The notes beneath the pieces were generated by a model. The model saw only the letters and a program-made list of their open reading frames with translations. It was not told the DNA's origin and did not search any database. Shown piece after piece: positions 57,978 through 64,000 of a DNA stretch of 64,000 bases (positions within the stretch are counted from its first letter, which is position 1; the number at the start of each line of letters is the position of its first letter). Source of the stretch: Paracoccaceae bacterium (GTDB lineage: Bacteria > Pseudomonadota > Alphaproteobacteria > Rhodobacterales > Rhodobacteraceae); the NCBI GenBank assembly GCA_017854585.1, contig JAFMHK010000004.1, forward strand, positions 92,655 to 156,654. The letters run 5' to 3'. Position numbers and translations under genes: made by a program.

Positions 57978-58412
57978 ATGAGCATTTCAATTTTACGGTC
58001 TTTCGGCATGGTCGCCACGGTCGTGTTGGGCACGACGGTCGGCGCGATCGCACAAGATATCCCCGAGAATGCGCAAGCGGGGGCTGCGGAGTTCGCAAAC
58101 TCCTGTGCGTCGTGTCATGGTGCGGATGCAAGAGGCGCCGGCTTTCTGACGCGACTATTCAGGGGCGTCGATCCCGGCGACCTCACGCAGTTGGCTGCAA
58201 ACAACGGCGGCCAATTTCCCACAGACCGCGTCTATCAGGTGATTGATGGGCGTGCCGAAGTGGCCGCGCACGGCGATCGAAGGATGCCCGTCTGGGGTGA
58301 TCGCTATTGGGAAACCGCCATGTCGGAATATGGGCCAGATGAATTCAACCAGCAGCGCGCGCGAAATCGGGTGCTTGAACTGGTTTTCTACCTGCAGGCC
58401 ATTCAGGAATAG
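57978..58412 (+). CDS. class I c-type cytochrome (monoheme)
   Basis: ATG at 57978, 8 nt after AAGGAGG. Signal peptide MSISILRSFGMVATVVLGTTVGAIA, heme site CASCH, and a likely Met ligand in DRRMPVWG. The 44-codon track extension is rejected. Confidence 0.8.
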   Translation: MSISILRSFGMVATVVLGTTVGAIAQDIPENAQAGAAEFANSCASCHGADARGAGFLTRLFRGVDPGDLTQLAANNGGQFPTDRVYQVIDGRAEVAAHGDRRMPVWGDRYWETAMSEYGPDEFNQQRARNRVLELVFYLQAIQE

Positions 58413-58676
58413 GCCCGGTGGCCCTGTAAGCCGCATTCAAGCCAATCTTGGATCAAGGGGAAACGCCTGATCTTATGCGGGCCGCAACGGGCGATCTTGC
58501 GCGCGGGTGGGGTGCCGCTTGGCGACATCTTGGCCGGGGCGCATGCATTTCTGCTTAAGCCGATCGAGGGCGGGGGCCTGAACGAAGCCGGGTACGCGAA
58601 TGTTATGCGCGCGCCCGAAAACCAGATCCCGCGACCCCGCCCTAACACGCCTGCTTTTGACTCGCCTTGGTGTCGA

Positions 58677-59696
58677 TCATGATAGGTGACCAAGGCGGGT
58701 CGCTTGCGCCTGCGCCTTCAACGCCAGTTCCATGACCTTGAAGCAATGGCTTTGCGTCATCGCCTGTTCCGTCCGGTTGCGGACATCGCCAATCAGCGCT
58801 TCAAAATAGGGCAACGGGTCTTTCGAGGCGTCGATATACTCACAGCGCGTGCCGTTCACGAGGAACACGTGATCAGTGCCATCGCGCCCGGCCACATCCA
58901 CGTATTTCCGCAGCTCGATGTAGCCTTCGGTGCCGAGGATGGTCAGCCGCCCGTCGCCCCAGGTTGGCAACGCATCGGGGGTGTACCAGTCAACCCGGAT
59001 GTAGCCCTGTCCCTTATCGCTGCGGATCAGGATCTCGCCATAGTCCTGAAGGCCGGGATCGTCGGGGTTGGCGAAATTGCCGACGCTGGACGTGACGATT
59101 TCTGCATCGGTGGCACCGCTGAAGAACAGGAACTGGTCGATCTGATGGGACGCGATGTCGGTCAGGATGCCGCCATACATCTCCTCTTGAAAAAACCACG
59201 CGGGACGGCTCTCGCGGTTAAGCCTATGCGGCCCCATCCCGATGGTCTGCACGAATTTGCCAATCGCGCCCGCGCGCACCAATTCGGCCGCCCGCGTGAC
59301 GGCGGGAACCTCGAAGCGCTCCGAAAAGTCGATCGACCAGATGCGGTTCGTTTCCGCGACGACGGCCCGGATCTGGTCAAGCTGCGCAAGGGTGGTGCAG
59401 CCCGGTTTGTCGGTCATCACGTCCTTTCCGGCGCGCATCGCTTCGATCGCATGGTCCGCACGGCGTGCCGGAACATCGGCGATCAGGATCATGTCGATCT
59501 CGGGATCGTCCAACAATGTTTGTCGATCGGCGACACGCGGCACCTCGGGGAAACGGGCGACAAAACCGTCGACCGGCTGCGGCTCACCCTCGGTCCACCA
59601 GCCCTTCGCGACACACCCAAGGTCCTGCATCCCGGCCAACTGGCCAAAGATGTGCCGGTGGTCGATGCCGATAATGCCCAGCGTCAGTGGTTTCAT
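58677..59696 (-). CDS. Gfo/Idh/MocA family NAD(P)-dependent oxidoreductase
   Basis: N-terminal Rossmann LTLGIIGIDHRH and family-typical length (339 aa). Confidence 0.85.
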   Translation of the reverse strand: MKPLTLGIIGIDHRHIFGQLAGMQDLGCVAKGWWTEGEPQPVDGFVARFPEVPRVADRQTLLDDPEIDMILIADVPARRADHAIEAMRAGKDVMTDKPGCTTLAQLDQIRAVVAETNRIWSIDFSERFEVPAVTRAAELVRAGAIGKFVQTIGMGPHRLNRESRPAWFFQEEMYGGILTDIASHQIDQFLFFSGATDAEIVTSSVGNFANPDDPGLQDYGEILIRSDKGQGYIRVDWYTPDALPTWGDGRLTILGTEGYIELRKYVDVAGRDGTDHVFLVNGTRCEYIDASKDPLPYFEALIGDVRNRTEQAMTQSHCFKVMELALKAQAQATRLGHLS

Positions 59697-59822
59697 AGAA
59701 GATTCCAGTTCTCAAGAGAGGGCGATAGACGCGCCCTGGGAGGAAGATTTTTCAAGTGCATTGATCAGGCCGCGCACCTCGAAGGCCGCCGCCGACGACT
59801 ACCATGCAAACACTGTCAGCCA

Positions 59823-60911
59823 TTATGTGATGCCGTTCACGATGACGGCTCCATCAGCGCCGAACAGGTGCATCTTGGTCCGATCCAGCGCCAGATGCAG
59901 CGTATCGCCTTTTTCCGTCTTCATTTGACCCATCTGATGAACTGTCAGGTCATCAAGCCCGCCACCCGAGCAGTAAAGATATGTCTGCCCGCCCAGTTGC
60001 TCGGAAAATTCAACCGTCACGCTCACGTCTGCATTGTCCCGATCCGTGACCAAGATATGCTCGGGCCGGACGCCGAAAGTTACCGTATCACCGGGCGCGA
60101 CCCCGGCAATTTCGGGCAGATCGATGCGATGTGCACCTGACACAAGGCAAATACCGCCCTGAGCGGATTGTTCGACCTCCGCAGACATCAGGTTCATCCT
60201 TGGTGATCCGATGAACCCTGCCACGAACACGTTGGACGGTGCATTGTAGAGGTCAAGCGGCCTGCCAATCTGTTCGACGCTGCCCCCCTGCAACACCACG
60301 ATCTTGTCGGCCAGCGTCATCGCCTCTGTCTGGTCATGCGTCACATAGATCATGGTGCCGCCGATCTTCGTGTGCAGCGCCGCCAGTTCCTTGCGCATGG
60401 TGACACGCAGTTCGGCGTCAAGGTTCGAAAGCGGTTCGTCGAACAGGAACGCTTTGGGGTCGCGCACGATTGCCCGACCGATCGCAACGCGTTGCCGTTG
60501 CCCGCCAGACAGCGCTTTTGGTTTGCGGGCAAGCAACTCGGTGATTTGAAGCAAGGCGCCCGCATCGCGGACCCGCTTTTCGATCTCGGCCTTTGGCATC
60601 TTGGTGTTTTCGAGACCAAATGCCATGTTCTTGTAAACCGACATATGCGGGTAGAGAGCGTAGGACTGGAACACCATAGCCAACCCACGATCCGACGCAG
60701 TCACGTTGTTGACGACATCTCCGTCGATTTCGACGTTGCCCGATGTGATCTCCTCTAGGCCGGCGATGATCCGGAGAAGCGTGGATTTTCCGCAGCCCGA
60801 CGGACCGACAAAAACGACGAATTCGCCACTATCCACGGTCAGATCGATCCCGTGAATAACCTCCACGTTGCCATAGGCTTTGCGAACCTGTTTGAGTTTG
60901 ATTTCCGTCAT
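59823..60911 (-). CDS. sugar ABC transporter ATP-binding protein (MalK/UgpC-type)
   Basis: Walker [24 protein letters not shown], and a MalK-like C-terminal domain. Confidence 0.9.
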   Translation of the reverse strand: MTEIKLKQVRKAYGNVEVIHGIDLTVDSGEFVVFVGPSGCGKSTLLRIIAGLEEITSGNVEIDGDVVNNVTASDRGLAMVFQSYALYPHMSVYKNMAFGLENTKMPKAEIEKRVRDAGALLQITELLARKPKALSGGQRQRVAIGRAIVRDPKAFLFDEPLSNLDAELRVTMRKELAALHTKIGGTMIYVTHDQTEAMTLADKIVVLQGGSVEQIGRPLDLYNAPSNVFVAGFIGSPRMNLMSAEVEQSAQGGICLVSGAHRIDLPEIAGVAPGDTVTFGVRPEHILVTDRDNADVSVTVEFSEQLGGQTYLYCSGGGLDDLTVHQMGQMKTEKGDTLHLALDRTKMHLFGADGAVIVNGIT

Positions 60912-60926
60912 GGAACTTCCTTCGCT

Positions 60927-61940
60927 CTATCGGCTACGCATTTTGGCGGCCAGCCGAGGTTCAGCCTTCTGCATTCGCAAGGGCGGCATCCCGCGCAGGA
61001 TCTGACCAATATCATCGAGCATCATGTCGCGGATTCGGGCATAGGACGGGTGCAATCCGCCGGCCAGATGGGATGAAAACAGGACATTCGGGGTGTGGCG
61101 CATCGCATCGTCGCGGTCTACCGGCTCCTCTGGGAAGACATCGACGGCGGCCCTGAAACGCCCCTGACCGGCGAGGTCAAGGAATGCCGGAAAGTCAACA
61201 ATCTCGGCCCGGCTGGCAAGGATGACGGTTGCGTCACTCCGAATGCCCAGAAGCCGCGTTCGGTCAAGGCCGCCTTCATTCTCGGTGGTCACGCCTGCCA
61301 AAAGGAACAGGAACTGCGAAGCACCCAGCGCGGCCTCAAGGCCGACTGGCTCCACCCCTTCGGCCCGAAGATAGCCGTCTGAAAGCCATGGGTCGTGCAC
61401 CATGATCCGGCATCCGAAAGGGCGCAGCAGCGGCGCCAGTGCCCGGCCAAGATTGCCATACCCCACCAATGCAACGTCGGCGCCATACAGGCTGTAGGCA
61501 TCGACGTTGCCGGCGATGCCGTAGGCTTCTCGCGCCGCACGAAACAGCGGGTCCGCCTTGTGCAGGCCACGGGCCAGAGTGATCGCTTGCGCAAGGCAAT
61601 ATTCGGCCACCGCCGGGGCCATGGCTGGCGCCGCCGACAAGACTTGGATCCCGCGCGCATGGGCTTCCGCGTAGTCGATATTGGGCTCCCAGTTTGCCTT
61701 GACGTTCAATATTCCCCGCAAGTTGGGCGCGCGGTCCAGCCGCTCCTTGGGCATCGCCGTCTGGCCGACGATGACGCTGACCTCGGGCAAGAGATCCTCT
61801 ACCATATGGTCCGGCATCCGGCTGCCGAAATGGGTAACCACACGGCCCATCTGTGCCAACGCCGCTGCGGTCTCGGGGGTGTAGACCATCGCCTCGTTTC
61901 TTGGGAACGGGTCGAACAGGATAAGGGGTTTATCAGACAC
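60927..61940 (-). CDS. D-isomer-specific 2-hydroxyacid dehydrogenase family protein
   Basis: NAD site VALVGYGNLGRALAPLL, plus a later Arg/Glu/His catalytic region (SHLAG). GTG at 61940 with AGGAA 9 nt upstream overlaps the permease stop (TAGTG). The longer track start would overlap the permease by 110 nt. Confidence 0.8.
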   Translation of the reverse strand: MSDKPLILFDPFPRNEAMVYTPETAAALAQMGRVVTHFGSRMPDHMVEDLLPEVSVIVGQTAMPKERLDRAPNLRGILNVKANWEPNIDYAEAHARGIQVLSAAPAMAPAVAEYCLAQAITLARGLHKADPLFRAAREAYGIAGNVDAYSLYGADVALVGYGNLGRALAPLLRPFGCRIMVHDPWLSDGYLRAEGVEPVGLEAALGASQFLFLLAGVTTENEGGLDRTRLLGIRSDATVILASRAEIVDFPAFLDLAGQGRFRAAVDVFPEEPVDRDDAMRHTPNVLFSSHLAGGLHPSYARIRDMMLDDIGQILRGMPPLRMQKAEPRLAAKMRSR

Positions 61941-63013
61941 TATTTCATTCCTGAGCTGGCTATGCCTGTGGTGATGAATTTTTGAAGGAAGGCGAAGACC
62001 AGAACGACCGGGATCAAGGTCACGACGGTCATGGCGAGGATGTAGTGCCATTGCACGTTCAGCTCGCCCTGAAACGCGTTAAGGCCGACCTGCAGTGTAT
62101 ACACCTCGGACCGGTTGAGCACGATAAGGGGCCACAGGAACTCGTTCCAGCGCCACATGATCGAAAAGATCGCCAGGACCGCAATCGCCGGCAGCGCCAG
62201 CGGCATCACCACACGCCAGTAGATCTGCCATTCGCTGGCCTTGTCCATGCGTGCGGCCTCGATCAGATCCCTGGGGATCGTCAGCATGTATTGGCGCAGC
62301 AAGAAGACGCCTGTCGGTGTCGCGGCCCCCGGCAGGATCACCGCCCAAAGCGAATTGACCATGCCCATGGACGCCACGACCAGATAGACAGGAACAAGAA
62401 TGACGGTGATCGGGATCATCAACGTCCCGATTACAAAGAGCATGATCGCATTGCGGCCGCGGAACTCATAGATCGAGAGGCCATAGGCCGCCATTGAGTT
62501 GATCAGCAGCGTCAGGAACGTGGCCGTGGCCGTCACAAAGACCGAGTTCCACAAATACCGCGTGAAATTGAAATTTTCGAGAGGGTCGGAATAGTTCTCC
62601 CAAGCCATACGGAATTCGCGGATCGGCTCATTCTGCGCGATTCCGACCCTGAAGGTCTGTTCGGGATCGTTGGGGTCAACCATCTGGCTGACGATGCCGA
62701 CCCGGCGCACCTGCGCCAGTTCCCTGACACTGCCGTCTTCCATTGTCGTGTTGAAAAGCAGCAGGGGATCGTCAAATCCCGGCACATCGACAGAAATCTG
62801 CCCAAGCGGCAGAAGGGTCGGCGGGAATTCAAGCAGCCCCGCCGGTGTCTTGAACGACGACATGACCAGCCACAATACGGGCGCGAACATCAGCAACACG
62901 CCAAGACCGAGGTAGATGTAGGAGAATACGTCAGTCCAATGCAGCTTGCTGCCTCCTCGTCTCGCCCTGATGAGGCGACCGATCGAGCGGGGGTGTTGGG
63001 CGGTATCAGACAT
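61940..63013 (-). CDS. carbohydrate ABC transporter permease (MalG-type with a large periplasmic loop)
   Basis: 357 aa with EAA loop IEAARMDKASEW and about 120 residues between TM1 and TM2. Confidence 0.85.
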   Translation of the reverse strand: MSDTAQHPRSIGRLIRARRGGSKLHWTDVFSYIYLGLGVLLMFAPVLWLVMSSFKTPAGLLEFPPTLLPLGQISVDVPGFDDPLLLFNTTMEDGSVRELAQVRRVGIVSQMVDPNDPEQTFRVGIAQNEPIREFRMAWENYSDPLENFNFTRYLWNSVFVTATATFLTLLINSMAAYGLSIYEFRGRNAIMLFVIGTLMIPITVILVPVYLVVASMGMVNSLWAVILPGAATPTGVFLLRQYMLTIPRDLIEAARMDKASEWQIYWRVVMPLALPAIAVLAIFSIMWRWNEFLWPLIVLNRSEVYTLQVGLNAFQGELNVQWHYILAMTVVTLIPVVLVFAFLQKFITTGIASSGMK

Positions 63014-63959
63014 CGTCCTTCCTTCTCGTCGCAGCCAGTTGAGCCACGGTCAGCGCGAACAGAACCACCCCCAACACCACCGACGCAGCCGAGGCGAGGC
63101 CAAAGTTCTGCACCCTGCTCGCGAAGCCCGTGGTGTAGATATACTGGACAATGAATTGCGTGGCCGTGCCCGGCCCGCCCCCGGTTAGGACGAACACCTC
63201 GTCGAAAATCTGCACGCCCTTGATCAGGGCCAACACCACGACCACCAACATGTTGGGCCACAGGAGCGGCAGGGTGATCTTCCAGAACACACGCTCGGGC
63301 GATGTGCCGTCCATTTCGGCGGCTTCATAGAGATCCGGCGGGATCGCCTGCAACCCGGCCAACAGGATCAGCATGTAGAACCCCATGTGCGACCAGATCG
63401 AGACGAAAATCGCCCAGAACATGGCCCATTCGGGACTGACGAAGAACAGGATGCGATCCAGCCCGATGGACACGAGGAAGGCGTTGAGAATGCCGTCGCG
63501 CAGCAAGATCCACTTCCAGATCAGGGCGACAACCACGGGTGACAAAAGCACCGGAAAAAAGAAGACCGCGCGGAAAAACCCGCGCGCCCTGATCTTGCGG
63601 TTCAATATCAGGGCGGTGACCAGTGACAGAATGACAAGGCACGTGACCTGTATGAAAACAAACGTCGCGGTGTTGAAGATGGCTTTCCAGAACCTGTCTT
63701 CGCGACAGGTCTGGGGATCAAGATAGTTGGCGCAGTCGAACAGGAATTCATACTGTTCCGTGCCGGTATAGACACGGTCGCTGAGGAAGATGTTTGTTCC
63801 CCCCGACAGTGAGAATGCGAAGTTGATGAAGAGAGGCAAGACGACGAACACGCCAAAGAACGCCAGGTTTGGCAGCAAGAACACATAAGGCATCGCCTTG
63901 ATGCCGCCCACTCTCTGAACAGCACGGAATGGGATTTCGAATAACCGAAAGAACAGCAC
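63006..63959 (-). CDS. carbohydrate ABC transporter permease (MalF-type); 5' end uncertain
   Basis: EAA loop YEAAEMDGTSP. The reading frame stays open upstream to the window edge (64000). The true start may therefore be GTG at 63959, ATG at 63893, or outside the window. Confidence 0.8.
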   Translation of the reverse strand: MLFFRLFEIPFRAVQRVGGIKAMPYVFLLPNLAFFGVFVVLPLFINFAFSLSGGTNIFLSDRVYTGTEQYEFLFDCANYLDPQTCREDRFWKAIFNTATFVFIQVTCLVILSLVTALILNRKIRARGFFRAVFFFPVLLSPVVVALIWKWILLRDGILNAFLVSIGLDRILFFVSPEWAMFWAIFVSIWSHMGFYMLILLAGLQAIPPDLYEAAEMDGTSPERVFWKITLPLLWPNMLVVVVLALIKGVQIFDEVFVLTGGGPGTATQFIVQYIYTTGFASRVQNFGLASAASVVLGVVLFALTVAQLAATRRKDDV

Positions 63960-64000
63960 AACCGGTACGGCCAGCAGGGCAGTCAGCTTCTCGGAGAGTG

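Noticed and set aside
58478-58676. Open frame continuing in phase past the TGA stop of the Gfo/Idh/MocA gene for about 65 codons, with fairly high GC3 (about 70 percent by hand).
   Set aside because: There is no start codon of its own and no recognisable motif. GC1/GC2/GC3 (about 72/57/70) is not a clear coding signature. Read-through or selenocysteine use is unsupported. It is most likely chance in GC-rich DNA, or at most a decayed C-terminal remnant.

Overview
High-GC, densely coding chromosomal segment. Gene content and order look alphaproteobacterial (Rhodobacteraceae, Paracoccus/Rhodobacter-like). I saw no rRNA, tRNA, IS element, prophage or CRISPR array. Left to right: a GNAT fragment, an M16 peptidase and thrC; the aa3 oxidase operon (surf1-ctaE-ctaG-small ORF-ctaB-ctaC); tldD; dprA-topA; a housekeeping stretch (nitroreductase, EI24/CysZ-like, DUF1467, methylmalonyl-CoA epimerase, orphan receiver protein, GNAT, aspS); a 2Fe-2S ferredoxin coupled to a secreted FG-GAP-like protein; LysR plus urtABCDE; a split pqiA-pqiA-pqiB-pqiC system; the polyol operon smoC-smoEFGK-smoS-mtlK preceded by a HAD gene; an M24 peptidase; a CDF transporter. 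Then comes a ~15 kb sulfur-oxidation island: yeeE, DUF302, soxFEDC, a DsrE-like gene, soxBAZYXWV, and divergently soxS-soxR-yeeE(soxT-like)-cytochrome c. A sugar ABC/oxidoreductase cluster runs off the right edge. The items most worth a second look are: (1) a signal-peptide DsrE-like gene inserted between soxB and soxC; (2) two YeeE-type paralogs bracketing the sox island, with DUF302 and no TusA/YeeD partner; (3) two perfect TTGAC-N4-GTCAA (CRP/FNR-family type) palindromes at near-identical distance upstream of the left yeeE and of the cytochrome c gene; (4) a perfect inverted pair of consensus DnaA boxes downstream of aspS; (5) a ~100-nt three-tier nested hairpin in the ferredoxin/lipoprotein intergenic region; (6) several unusually long non-coding gaps. 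All protein names come from motif recall and synteny; no database search was run. The ORF track translates GTG/TTG starts as M and reports the longest ORF, so I re-picked many starts using ATG and Shine-Dalgarno context.
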